Counted from the stretch's first letter, positions 1-9,280 are shown. The stretch is DNA of 32,561 bases from Pseudomonadota bacterium (GCA_036166115.1 JAYZHY010000032.1:1-32561), one strand, 5' to 3'. The notes: a model not told the origin generated them from the letters alone. Translations and numbers: made by a program.

Positions 1-486
1 GCAGCAAGAGAAGATATAGTGGAAGTAATTAATAACTCAGGAGGATTTCTGCATGGTCACACTTATGCAGGAAACCCCTTAGCCTGTGCTGCAGGTCTTG
101 CGGTAATAAAAGAAATCACAGAGAAACAACTTACTGAAAATGCCTTAATTCAAGGAGAGAAATTACGTAACAATCTAGAGAAATTAAAGAATCAATTTTC
201 TTTGATCGGAGATGTTCGCGGGAAAGGGCTGTTGATGGCATTCGAATTGGTAGCTGACCGTGAAACTATGGAGCCACTGCCAAGCTCCGCAGAAGCTCAT
301 ATACATTTAGTTGAAGAGGCATACAAAAGGGGTTTAATAATATATTCCAGGCGAACCCGGGGAGGGACAATTGGCGATCATTTTATGATATGCCCGCCCC
401 TTATAATCGAAGCGAGACAAATTGATGAAATTTGTGAAATACTTAAAGACAGTCTGGATGCCATGATAAAGAAAATGAATCTTTAA
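1..486 (+). CDS. Class-III (omega/aspartate-family) PLP aminotransferase, C-terminal fragment; the 5' end lies upstream of the window
   Basis: Frame 1 is open from nt 1 (AAREDIVEV...) into tracked ORF 19..486. GFLHGHTYAGNPLACAAGLAVI is the typical C-terminal-domain signature of class-III aminotransferases (SpuC/GabT/omega-TA-like). It is followed 15 nt later by the next gene. Confidence 0.8.
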   Translation, partial: AAREDIVEVINNSGGFLHGHTYAGNPLACAAGLAVIKEITEKQLTENALIQGEKLRNNLEKLKNQFSLIGDVRGKGLLMAFELVADRETMEPLPSSAEAHIHLVEEAYKRGLIIYSRRTRGGTIGDHFMICPPLIIEARQIDEICEILKDSLDAMIKKMNL

Positions 487-500
487 ATCACAATTAAGCA

Positions 501-995
501 ATGAAACACCCAAATGTCACAATTCAGCCCGGAAATAAAAACGATGTCGATGATATACATCGTTTGCTTGCAGCTTTAGCAAAAGAAACCGGATTTCAAG
601 ATAAAATGATTAGCACGCCGACCAATCTCATTAAATTTGGCTTCTCATCAACACCATTATTTGAAACGTTGCTCGCTAAACACAACAATAATAGCATTGG
701 TTTATGCCTTTACTTTTTCACATTCTCATCGTGGTTAGGTTCTCCAGGCATTTATATACAAGATCTTTTTGTGGAAGAAAAATACCGTAAATTTGGTATT
801 GGCGAACAATTACTGATAAAAACTGCTCAACTCAATGAAGCTGAAGAGATAACACACATAAGATTAACCGTTGATGAAAACAATAAAAAAGCACAGGACT
901 TTTATCGTAAAATAGGTTTTCAATATCAAACTAAAGAACGAACGCTTCACATTAAAAAAGAAAAGCTCATCAAATTAACTGGAAAAATTTCGTGA
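501..995 (+). CDS. GNAT-family N-acetyltransferase (diamine/spermidine acetyltransferase-like)
   Basis: 164 aa. GIYIQDLFVEEKYRKFGIGEQLL followed by AQDFYRKIGF matches the GNAT acetyl-CoA-binding core (motif A, R/Q-x-x-G-x-G/A) as in SSAT/SpeG-like enzymes. Its stop overlaps the next start (GTGA at 992-995). Confidence 0.75.
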   Translation: MKHPNVTIQPGNKNDVDDIHRLLAALAKETGFQDKMISTPTNLIKFGFSSTPLFETLLAKHNNNSIGLCLYFFTFSSWLGSPGIYIQDLFVEEKYRKFGIGEQLLIKTAQLNEAEEITHIRLTVDENNKKAQDFYRKIGFQYQTKERTLHIKKEKLIKLTGKIS

Positions 996-2023
996 AAGTT
1001 GTTTTCAAGGACAGTCAATTACTCCACACCCCCAAGAAATTCATGGTTGGTGGTCACATGGTCCCTCATCCAGAAAAGTCAGAAAGAGCTGAGACACTTT
1101 TGCAAGCTTCCAAAAAATTTGGGCTTACTGTAGAAGAGCCACAAAACTACAACCTTACTTACATAGAAAAACTTCACACTGAGAGATACATTCATTATCT
1201 GCAAACTATCTATCAGAGATGGGAACGCAGGAATAATACTTCTGATGAAGTGACACCTGGAATTCATCCTGATCAAAGAAATTGCGGTTATCCTGACTCT
1301 GCAGAAGGTCAAATTGGTTTTCATCATGCAGATTTATCCAGCCCCATTGGTCCAAATACATGGGAATCGGCATTTTGGAGTGCACAGACCGCAGCGCATG
1401 CAGCAAAACTCGTCAAAGATGGAGAGAAGTTCTGTTATGCATTATCACGCCCTCCTGGGCATCATGCTGCCAAAGATTACGCTGCAGGCTTTTGTTATTT
1501 TGGAAATACTGCAATTGCTGCCGAGTCATTGCGATCTAAATATAATAGAATCGCCGTGTTGGACATCGACGTACATCACGGTAATGGCACCCAAGATATC
1601 TTTTATGAGCGTGCTGATGTGTTGACCATTTCCATACATGCCGACCCCATTCGTTTTTACCCTTTCTTCTGGGGCCATGCCAATGAAATCGGAGAACATG
1701 AAGGCACTAACTACAATATCAATCTGCCTCTCAAACGAGGCACAAAAGATAATGAATATTTATTAACTTTGGAAAAAGCAATTAATCTTATCACTGAGTT
1801 TTCTGCTGATGCACTCGTGATTGCGCTTGGATTAGACGCTTATGAAAAAGATCCTCTGCAAGGGCTTTCAATTACCACTGAAGGCTTCAAGAAAATTGGT
1901 CGTGTAATTGGTGATACAATGTTGCCAACGGTTATCGTTCAAGAAGGCGGTTACCTTTCTCCAGAACTCGGAGAGAATCTCTATTCTTTTCTGGAAGGTT
2001 TCACAAGCGGAGGCAAAATATAA
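992..2023 (+). CDS. Histone-deacetylase-family amidohydrolase, acetylpolyamine amidohydrolase (APAH)-like
   Basis: 343 aa with a GTG start. RPPGHHA, DIDVHHGNGTQDIFY and GLDAYEKDP are the Zn-dependent HDAC/arginase-fold motifs. Length and the N-terminus (MKVVF...GG.MVP.PE...RAE) resemble bacterial APAH as I remember it. Confidence 0.8.
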   Translation: MKVVFKDSQLLHTPKKFMVGGHMVPHPEKSERAETLLQASKKFGLTVEEPQNYNLTYIEKLHTERYIHYLQTIYQRWERRNNTSDEVTPGIHPDQRNCGYPDSAEGQIGFHHADLSSPIGPNTWESAFWSAQTAAHAAKLVKDGEKFCYALSRPPGHHAAKDYAAGFCYFGNTAIAAESLRSKYNRIAVLDIDVHHGNGTQDIFYERADVLTISIHADPIRFYPFFWGHANEIGEHEGTNYNINLPLKRGTKDNEYLLTLEKAINLITEFSADALVIALGLDAYEKDPLQGLSITTEGFKKIGRVIGDTMLPTVIVQEGGYLSPELGENLYSFLEGFTSGGKI

Positions 2024-2025
2024 AT

Positions 2026-3438
2026 ATGATAACCGATCCCCAATGGTATTCAGTTCTTCCACCAATCATTGCAATTATTCTCGCTATCCGAACTAAACAA
2101 GTTATCCCCTCATTGTTTGCTGGTATCTGGATAGGTTGTTCGCTGTTATATGATTTTGACCCTATCAAAGGGCTGGCAATTAGCTTCGATAGCATTATAA
2201 ATGTCTTTAGTGATCCTGGGGATACAAGAGTTTTGATATTTACGCTGCTCATCGGTGCATTAATTACCACCATAGAAAAATCGGGTGGTGTCAGTGGTTT
2301 TGTAAAATTTTTAGAAAATCGTGAATGGGTACACACGGGTTTTCGAGCTCAGATGCTAGCTTGGATGACTGGAATTATCATCTTTATTGAGTCCAATATA
2401 ACTTTATTGGTTGCTGGCTCAGTCAGCAGACCGTTGTTTGATCGATATCGTATTTCCAGAGAAAAACTTGCGTACCTTATTGACGCTACCTCGGCACCAG
2501 TTTGCGTCATGGTGCCATTAAATGCCTGGACAGCTGTTATCATAGGGCTGATTGCATCAACGGGAATGGATAATGCTTTTTCAGTATTTATTAAATCCAT
2601 ACCATACAATTTATATGCAATAAGTGCGATTCTCTTGGCCGCATTCGTTGTATGGAAAAACTTGGACATTGGACCCATGTCCGCAGCTGAAGAACGGACC
2701 AAGAATGGTCAAATAAGTTGGCATGAAAATAGCCATACTGAAGAAAAAGAATCGATAACTCCTGAATCAACCGCCAATCAAAAAGATGCAGGATTAATGA
2801 TATTCCCAATACTAACCATGACATTCGCAATGCCAGCTGGACTCTTTTTGACCGGTGATGGAGATATAATGAAAGGCAGTGGCTCAACCGCAATCTTCTG
2901 GTCGATATGTGCCGCTCTATTTGTTTGCTGGTGTATGCTGCTTACAAAAAAGAGAGCCAATGTAAATGGATTGATGCAATATTTCATGGAAGGCGCAGGC
3001 AAACTTTTACCCATCGCTGCAATACTTCTCATGGCACTGGCATTGGGTGATGTAGCTAAATTACTTGGAACCGGTCCGTACGTGGCTGGTGTGGCTGGTG
3101 CAAATGTGCCATATGTATTCTTAGCGCCACTGGTTTTTCTGGTGTCAGGTTTTATCGCCTTCTCAGTTGGTTCGAGCTGGGGGACTTTCGCAATAATGAT
3201 TCCAATCGCGCTCTCGATTGCTACTTCATTGGATCTCTCCTCCTCCCTGATGCTTGGTGCCGCTCTCTCTGGCGGTATATTTGGTGATCATGCTTCACCC
3301 ATTAGCGATACCACTGTTGTGGCATCAATGGCCGCAGGTACTGATCATATTGAACACGTTAGAACACAGCTTCCTTATGCGCTGATTGCTGGTTTTATCT
3401 CAATTATTGGATTCATGCTTTTGAGTGTACTGCCATAA
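2026..3438 (+). CDS. NhaC-family Na+/H+ antiporter-type transporter (substrate uncertain)
   Basis: 470 aa, polytopic and hydrophobic. FGDHASPISDTT near the C-terminus and the overall pattern are typical of the NhaC family. It starts 2 nt after the stop of the deacetylase gene, so it is probably the last gene of that operon. Confidence 0.75.
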   Translation: MITDPQWYSVLPPIIAIILAIRTKQVIPSLFAGIWIGCSLLYDFDPIKGLAISFDSIINVFSDPGDTRVLIFTLLIGALITTIEKSGGVSGFVKFLENREWVHTGFRAQMLAWMTGIIIFIESNITLLVAGSVSRPLFDRYRISREKLAYLIDATSAPVCVMVPLNAWTAVIIGLIASTGMDNAFSVFIKSIPYNLYAISAILLAAFVVWKNLDIGPMSAAEERTKNGQISWHENSHTEEKESITPESTANQKDAGLMIFPILTMTFAMPAGLFLTGDGDIMKGSGSTAIFWSICAALFVCWCMLLTKKRANVNGLMQYFMEGAGKLLPIAAILLMALALGDVAKLLGTGPYVAGVAGANVPYVFLAPLVFLVSGFIAFSVGSSWGTFAIMIPIALSIATSLDLSSSLMLGAALSGGIFGDHASPISDTTVVASMAAGTDHIEHVRTQLPYALIAGFISIIGFMLLSVLP

Positions 3439-4311
3439 GCCGCTGTATGAATAAGCAACCGGGCCACTCATACTGACCGAAGCATCATCTGAAACTTCAA
3501 TCACCATTTTACCGGCAGGCATAATAACATCCATTTTTTTGGCAACGTTCATATCTCTTGCATTGGCTGCAAAAACTGCAGCACAAGCCCCAGAACCACA
3601 AGCCGTTGTTAAACCAGCGCCTCGTTCATAAACCTTAAGCTGTAGGTTATGCTTGTCAATAACTTCCGCGATGCCTACATTGACTCCTTCTGGAAATAAC
3701 TCATCTGCTTGGATTTTTGGTGCCCATTTTTCGATATCAATATTATCAATGCTCTCAACAAAAAAAGTAATATGAGGATTTCCGATACTCGATATTACTG
3801 GATTAATCAATGGACCAATCTGAAAATCAGCATTAAGAGTATTCACTTCTTTAGAAAGTGGAATACTTTCTGGTGTCATGGATATCCTGCCCATTTCACA
3901 TTTAACCCAATTGTTTTCTAATAAAGAGCAATTGAGTACACCGGCAAGAGTCTCAATATTGACCCCTTGAGTTCTATCCATTGTCATAAGCAACCAAGCG
4001 ACACATCTGGTTGCATTGCCACAAGCCTCTGCCTCTCTACCATCAACATTTAAAATTCTCATGAAAACAGTAGCGCCAGCTGTTAACCCTTCTTCTGTTG
4101 GTTTTTCCAAAATTATTACCTGATCTGCGCCGATGCCTTTCCTGGGGTCACATATGCTCGAAATCTGATATTTGTCGGGCAAAAAAATCTCGTCACGCCC
4201 ATCAAAAATAGCAAAATGGTTTTCTAAACCATGCATCTTGATAAAATTTCTGCCTTTCACAGAATCCGTATCGATGAGCGAAAATAAGTTCTCTTTAGTA
4301 TTTCTATTCAT
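3400..4311 (-). CDS. dapF: Diaminopimelate epimerase
   Basis: KMHGLENHF (KMHGLGNDF-type N-terminal motif), ACGNATRC (first catalytic Cys), GNPHITFFV and ACGSGACAA (second catalytic Cys). The tracked ATG gives a ~22-aa N-terminal extension. An in-frame GTG (residue V18, ...SVKGRNFIKMHG) would give a canonical length. The 3' end overlaps the convergent transporter gene by 39 nt. Confidence 0.9.
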   Translation of the reverse strand: MNRNTKENLFSLIDTDSVKGRNFIKMHGLENHFAIFDGRDEIFLPDKYQISSICDPRKGIGADQVIILEKPTEEGLTAGATVFMRILNVDGREAEACGNATRCVAWLLMTMDRTQGVNIETLAGVLNCSLLENNWVKCEMGRISMTPESIPLSKEVNTLNADFQIGPLINPVISSIGNPHITFFVESIDNIDIEKWAPKIQADELFPEGVNVGIAEVIDKHNLQLKVYERGAGLTTACGSGACAAVFAANARDMNVAKKMDVIMPAGKMVIEVSDDASVSMSGPVAYSYSGLWQYTQKHESNN

Positions 4312-4406
4312 TTGGATTTAAAATTTATGTATTCAATTAAATTAAGCTATGATGTTTTAATATAATCTGACTAAATATAGCATTGGATATATCAAAGTGG
4401 TGAAAT

Positions 4407-5108
4407 GTGACAATAAAGTTATACACAGATGATGCTTATCTCGCCTCAAATGACAGCATTGTAGAGTCATTAAAAGACAATGAAGTTGTACTTGAAAGCA
4501 CCGTATTTTATCCAATAGGTGGCGGTCAACCTGGCGACACGGGGACGTTATCCTGGGAAAATAATAAAGCCGAAGTAATCAATACTTATTGCGACGAGGG
4601 TGGTTCAATTCGTCATGTCTTGTCCGAAGATAGCTCACTACCAGCAATAGGCCAAACGATAACAGCCTCGATTAATTGGGAAAGACGGTATCTGCATATG
4701 CGAATGCATACCGGTCTTCATCTACTTGGCTCCATTCTTCAGTATGGTGTGACAGGTGGAAACATTTCTTCTGTAAAGAGTCGTTTGGATTTTGACATGG
4801 AAGAAACTGTTGACAAAGAAGCTGTCGACGCACAATTACAACAACTCATCGCAGAAGATCACCCTATTAGCTCAACATGGATAACCCAAGAAATACTTAA
4901 AGAACAACCTGAATTAGTTAGAACAATGTCCGTCAAACCACCCGAAACGAACGAGAGTATCAGATTGTTAAAAATTGGCGATATTGATCTTCAGCCTTGC
5001 GGTGGCACACATTTAAAATCTACCATTGAAGTTGGCAAAATAAAAATAGGGAAAGTCGAAAAGAAAGGCAAACGCAACCGACGTGTAAATATAGTATTGA
5101 TGGATTAG
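4407..5108 (+). CDS. Free-standing alanyl/threonyl-tRNA synthetase editing-domain protein (AlaX-type)
   Basis: 233 aa with a GTG start; the preceding in-frame codon at 4401-4403 is TGA. HTGLHLL (HxxxH) and CGGTH (CxxxH) zinc motifs of the tRNA-synthetase second additional domain are present. The N-terminus MTIKLYTDDAYL is typical of AlaX-like proteins. Confidence 0.8.
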   Translation: MTIKLYTDDAYLASNDSIVESLKDNEVVLESTVFYPIGGGQPGDTGTLSWENNKAEVINTYCDEGGSIRHVLSEDSSLPAIGQTITASINWERRYLHMRMHTGLHLLGSILQYGVTGGNISSVKSRLDFDMEETVDKEAVDAQLQQLIAEDHPISSTWITQEILKEQPELVRTMSVKPPETNESIRLLKIGDIDLQPCGGTHLKSTIEVGKIKIGKVEKKGKRNRRVNIVLMD

Positions 5109-5150
5109 GGTATTATTTTAACAGCACCATAAAAAGTTTATCGGAGAACA

Positions 5151-5240
5151 ATGATGGCCATGGAAATCACAAGACGTTCAGTTATTAATAGCATACTGGC
5201 AGGAACTGCATCCTTAACTGTAAGTCCATCTGTATTTTCT
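5151..5240 (+). other. Predicted Tat (twin-arginine) signal peptide of the HisC-like aminotransferase
   Basis: MMAMEITRRSVINSILAGTASLTVSPSVFS: T-R-R-x-V-I resembles the S/T-R-R-x-F-L-K consensus. It is followed by an uncharged h-region and a small-residue c-region, and the conserved aminotransferase core starts about 10 aa later. Confidence 0.55.
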
Positions 5241-6251
5241 ATGGTAGGGCCTTCACCCAATATAATTCGCCTTAGCTCCAATGAAAATCCTTATGGGCCA
5301 AGCAAGAAAGCATTACAGGCCGCAGCTCAAGCTTCATCAAAAGGTGCATATTATCCCAGCAAAATAACAATGGAATTAGTGCAATTAATTGCTGAGAAGA
5401 ATAATCTCGACACCAGTCAAGTTACCTTAAGCTCAGGGTCCAATGAGGCTTTATCTGCTGCAGTGGTTGGTTGGGGGAAAAACGGTAGCATTCTTTGTCC
5501 TGCATTTACCTATGATCTGCATCTGGGTTACGCCCAAAAAATTGGGACTAAAGTTATCCGTGTTCCATTAGATAAAGAAATGTCAATTGATCTGAATGCT
5601 CTTGAAGATAGATTGGATGATTCGGTCAGTATGGTTTATGTCTGCAACCCAAATAACCCGACAGGGAAAACCATAGATGGCGATGTCTTAAGAGATTTTT
5701 GTCGTATTATAGGCAAGAAAGCAACGGTCCTGGTTGATGAAGCTTATAACGAACTGACTCTCGATCCAGGCTACTCTTCGATGGTGGACTTGATCAAAGA
5801 AGGTGAAAATATCATTGTGGCAAGAACATTTTCAAAATTGTATGGCATGGCAGGTATGCGAATAGGTTATGCCATGGGCAGATCAGATTTGATTAGCAAA
5901 GTTCAAAATCATGTCATGGCATGGCCAAATATTGTTGGACTGGCAGCAGCACATGCCAGTTATACAGAAGAAGATTTTATAAAATTCTCATTAAATAAAA
6001 TCAATGAAGGAAGGGCTCTAGTTAATGATACCTTCACAAAACATGATATCGAACCTCTTCCATCAGAAACAAATTTCGTTTGCGCGGACATCAAAAGAGA
6101 CGTCAGTCAATTTGAAGCAAAACTACGTCAACAGAATGTTTTGGTACATCGCGCCTACTCACTTTATCCAACACACCTTAGAGTCAGCATGGGGAAAATT
6201 GAAGAGCTAGAAATATTCAGTGAAGTATTTGGTCAAGCTTATACAAGTTAA
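5151..6251 (+). CDS. Class-I/II PLP aminotransferase, histidinol-phosphate aminotransferase (HisC)-like, with an N-terminal twin-arginine leader
   Basis: 366 aa. LSSNENPYGPS, NPNNPTG and TFSKLYGMAGMRIGY (PLP lysine) are HisC-family motifs. GGAG lies 4 nt upstream of the ATG. Confidence 0.8.
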   Translation: MMAMEITRRSVINSILAGTASLTVSPSVFSMVGPSPNIIRLSSNENPYGPSKKALQAAAQASSKGAYYPSKITMELVQLIAEKNNLDTSQVTLSSGSNEALSAAVVGWGKNGSILCPAFTYDLHLGYAQKIGTKVIRVPLDKEMSIDLNALEDRLDDSVSMVYVCNPNNPTGKTIDGDVLRDFCRIIGKKATVLVDEAYNELTLDPGYSSMVDLIKEGENIIVARTFSKLYGMAGMRIGYAMGRSDLISKVQNHVMAWPNIVGLAAAHASYTEEDFIKFSLNKINEGRALVNDTFTKHDIEPLPSETNFVCADIKRDVSQFEAKLRQQNVLVHRAYSLYPTHLRVSMGKIEELEIFSEVFGQAYTS

Positions 6252-6252
6252 A

Positions 6253-6666
6253 TTATTGACTCTTAGGTGAATATAGCTCAGCTTCGTCTCTCGAAAGCTC
6301 CTTAACCTTAAAATTCCACGTGGTCAAAGTTGAACTGACTCGCAAACGATATCGTCCGCTTAAATCAAACAATTTAACGCCATTACCTGCGTATTTTGTT
6401 TTAAAAATCCTGCCAATAAGAAATCCCGTGTCAGCATCCACTAACGATATTTCCAGCCCCATGCTCTCTTTATAATTGCTGTTAACACGCCAATCAAGTA
6501 ACCATGGTGCTTGCACCTCAAATTCGGCGGTTGTGACGGACCTGTCACCTGAAAATTCACGTATAATCTTGGCTGCCTCTAGCTTCCAAGGCATCACAAG
6601 GAATAAGCCTAATAAGTAAACTAGATAGATACCATTTTGCTTTAACATTTGATTTGATCGTTGCAT
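6253..6666 (-). CDS. Hypothetical small secreted protein
   Basis: 137 aa. It has an N-terminal hydrophobic segment (IYLVYLLGLFLVMPWKLEA), then a beta-strand-like alternating sequence. I recognise no motif. Its stop lies 1 nt from the stop of the convergent aminotransferase gene. Confidence 0.55.
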   Translation of the reverse strand: MQRSNQMLKQNGIYLVYLLGLFLVMPWKLEAAKIIREFSGDRSVTTAEFEVQAPWLLDWRVNSNYKESMGLEISLVDADTGFLIGRIFKTKYAGNGVKLFDLSGRYRLRVSSTLTTWNFKVKELSRDEAELYSPKSQ

Positions 6667-6823
6667 ATTTGAAAATATTTATTACTTATCATTCATAAAA
6701 TAATTTTACTTAATTCTCCAATATGATGTCTCAAACCCATAGGATTAACAAATCTTATCTAAACAAATCAATAAAATTAAGGCATAATTCTTTTTTATTT
6801 TCCCAAGTGAAGTACAACTCAAA

Positions 6824-9256
6824 ATGATTTGGTTGACCCAAAAAAAATGCCTTAGGCTTAATTATTTTTTAGCAATTCTGTCATTTTCGATCATAACTGA
6901 TCCTATATTTTCTCAGGAAAATCCGGAATCCATTCAATTTCAATTAGACAGCAACCAAATCATAAATGTTCAAAAGAAAGACGTTAACGTTAAGATAAAA
7001 ATTGATGGAAAAATTGATGAGCCAGAATGGCAGGATATTACTTCCTATGATCCCTATAAAGTAACTAAACCGGATACCCTTGCCGACACATCTTACGAAA
7101 GCAATTTAAGATTCTTTTATACTGCCAATGGATTCTATATTTCAATGGATATGAAACAACCAAAAGACACCCTAGTTAAACGCTTCAAACCCAGAGATGA
7201 CTGGCAAACCCAATCGGATAAAACGGGATTTTCAATTGATACGTCTGGAGAGGGGAAATACGGCTATTGGTTCTCAGTATCATTAGGTGGCTCAGAAGGT
7301 GATGGCACATTGATGCCCGAAAAAATTTATACTTCTGATTGGGATGGTGCATGGTATGCCGCCACATCAGAGACAGAAGATGGCTGGTCCGCAGAGTTCT
7401 ATCTGCCATGGTCGCAAGTTGCGATGCCAAAAGACGCGGATGACCGAATTATAAATTTATATAGTTTCCGAGAAGTCGCTCATTTAAACGAGGAATGGGG
7501 ATGGCCAGCACTTCCCGAATCTATGCCTCAATTCATCAGCCTTTTTCAACCAACCAGAATGAATAACGTCAACCTCAAGCAACAATGGAGTGTATTTCCT
7601 TATGCTTCGGCATCCTACGATCGAATTGACAAAGAACAATCAAATAGAGCTGGTGCCGATCTTTTCTGGCGCCCTTCAACCAACGCTCAAATAACCGCCA
7701 CAATTAATCCAGATTTTGGTGCCGTTGAAGCAGATAATGTGGTGGTAAATTTATCGGCTAACGAAACATTTTTTCCAGATAAAAGACTCTTCTTTCAAGA
7801 AGGCAATGAAGTGTTTGTCACTTCCCCTAGAGCAAGCAATCATAACTGGGGGCGCAGCAGAGTCAGTATCATAAATACCCGACGCATTGGAAGCACGCCA
7901 GATCTGCCGTCACTACCAGAAGGCGTGAGTTTTTCTGAGCGCATTAAGAAAACCACCAAAGCAGATTTGACCGGCGCTCTAAAAACTACCGGTGAATTCA
8001 ATAAATTCCGTTATGGAATCCTTGCTGCCTCTGAAGATGACACCGATTTTAAGGCTGATGACGATAAAATATACAATCAGGTAGGTCGAGATTTTGGAGC
8101 ATTGAGACTCCTGTATGAAGATACAGATCAAGGAAAGACCAAAGGCTTAGGGTTTTTGTCAACCATAGTCACAAAACCCGATACGGATTCCGTGGTCAAT
8201 GCAGTCGACATCCATTACTTGAGCGAATCTGGGGCTTGGAAAGCAGATGGTCAATATATTCATTCTAAAACACATGAAGACGGTTCTGGCCAAGGAGGTT
8301 TCTTGGATTTAGTGTACGCGCCAACCAAGGGTAGAAGCAGTCAACTCAAACTGACTGTATTTGATAAAAATATGCAGATAAATGATTTTGGGTTCAATCA
8401 AAGACGAAATACGCGTGATGCTCAGTATAATTTCACAGCCATAAATTCAAATTCAAAACGCTTTAGAGACACCTTAATGAGTGGCTATGTTCGCTATGCT
8501 GAGAACTTCGATGGACATCGAACATCAAATGCCATTGGCGGTAATTTTGATGTGACTCTCAATAGTTTGAATAAAATTAAAGGGTCTTTTGCTCATTGGC
8601 CACTTCGATTTGAAGATCGAGAGAGTTACGGCAATGGAACTTTCAAGCTTCGACCCAGATCGAGACTCAGATTTGAATATTCCACAAACAAAGCAGAGAA
8701 AATAGCTTACGGTGCGACCGTCACCTACCAAGAAGAAGACATGAAGGGCAGGAAACTTGAGGGAGAGATTGAATATACATGGTACCCAAAAACTAATATA
8801 AGTTTCGATATGAAATTAAAATATGTTGACGGGAGTGGTGGTTGGTTACTTCACCAACAAAGTAAAGACTTCACTTCGTTTTATCATCAGAAATGGGAAC
8901 AAGAGTTTAAGTTCAATTACTTTATCAACGCCAAACAACAACTGAGCATTAATCTTCAATGGGTGGGCATACAAGCGCATGAAAATAAATTTTATGTTAT
9001 TGATGCCGATAACTATAGATTAAATGAAATAAATAAACCCTATGAAGCAAGCGATAACTTCAGCATCTCAGACCTAAATATACAATTACGCTATCGCTGG
9101 CAAATAGCCCCTTTGTCTGATGTTTACTTGGTTGCCACTAAAACAGGAGCACACAGAAAACAACTTACTGCATTCAGTGATTTATTTGATGACACCATGG
9201 ATAATCCCTTGAGCGATCAAATTATCTTAAAAGTTCGTTACCGTTTTGGTTCGTAA
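6824..9256 (+). CDS. Secreted CBM9-like / DUF5916-like protein, probable outer-membrane beta-barrel (paralog 1)
   Basis: 810 aa with a signal-like N-terminus. IDGKIDEPEWQD is the D-G-x-hydrophobic-D-E-x-x-W signature I associate with family-9 carbohydrate-binding-like domains. The long C-terminal part has alternating amphipathic strands and ends ILKVRYRFGS. The family name is from memory and not verified. Confidence 0.6.
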   Translation: MIWLTQKKCLRLNYFLAILSFSIITDPIFSQENPESIQFQLDSNQIINVQKKDVNVKIKIDGKIDEPEWQDITSYDPYKVTKPDTLADTSYESNLRFFYTANGFYISMDMKQPKDTLVKRFKPRDDWQTQSDKTGFSIDTSGEGKYGYWFSVSLGGSEGDGTLMPEKIYTSDWDGAWYAATSETEDGWSAEFYLPWSQVAMPKDADDRIINLYSFREVAHLNEEWGWPALPESMPQFISLFQPTRMNNVNLKQQWSVFPYASASYDRIDKEQSNRAGADLFWRPSTNAQITATINPDFGAVEADNVVVNLSANETFFPDKRLFFQEGNEVFVTSPRASNHNWGRSRVSIINTRRIGSTPDLPSLPEGVSFSERIKKTTKADLTGALKTTGEFNKFRYGILAASEDDTDFKADDDKIYNQVGRDFGALRLLYEDTDQGKTKGLGFLSTIVTKPDTDSVVNAVDIHYLSESGAWKADGQYIHSKTHEDGSGQGGFLDLVYAPTKGRSSQLKLTVFDKNMQINDFGFNQRRNTRDAQYNFTAINSNSKRFRDTLMSGYVRYAENFDGHRTSNAIGGNFDVTLNSLNKIKGSFAHWPLRFEDRESYGNGTFKLRPRSRLRFEYSTNKAEKIAYGATVTYQEEDMKGRKLEGEIEYTWYPKTNISFDMKLKYVDGSGGWLLHQQSKDFTSFYHQKWEQEFKFNYFINAKQQLSINLQWVGIQAHENKFYVIDADNYRLNEINKPYEASDNFSISDLNIQLRYRWQIAPLSDVYLVATKTGAHRKQLTAFSDLFDDTMDNPLSDQIILKVRYRFGS

Positions 9257-9280
9257 CTAATACACTATATAATCCTTGCC

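Noticed and set aside
501-2023. GNAT plus adjacent partner considered as a GNAT-type toxin-antitoxin pair (TacT/AtaT-like)
   Set aside because: The neighbour is a 343-aa HDAC-fold enzyme, not a small RHH/DUF1778 antitoxin. The GNAT resembles diamine acetyltransferases, and the operon context is metabolic.
1079-3032. Tracked ORFs nested in or antisense to the deacetylase and NhaC genes (1079..1327-, 1206..1406-, 1314..1625+, 1868..2065-, 1908..2096+, 2001..2336-, 2349..2702-, 2591..2893-, 2778..3032-)
   Set aside because: All lie wholly inside or across strongly supported genes. They have odd compositions, no motifs and no ribosome-binding context, so they are typical shadow ORFs.
6664-6680. 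Small AT palindrome ATATTT-GA-AAATAT at the start of the 6253..6666 gene, considered as an operator
   Set aside because: It is a 6-bp AT-only half-site in an AT-rich divergent region, so it is expected by chance. No second copy was seen elsewhere in the window.
6840-6847. A8 homopolymer in codons 6-8 of the first DUF5916-like gene (and an A9 run at 26059..26067 in the DUF3604 gene), considered as phase-variation tracts
   Set aside because: Lys-Lys(-Lys) encoded by AAA runs is common in this AT-rich genome. The runs are short for slipped-strand switching, and there is no independent evidence.
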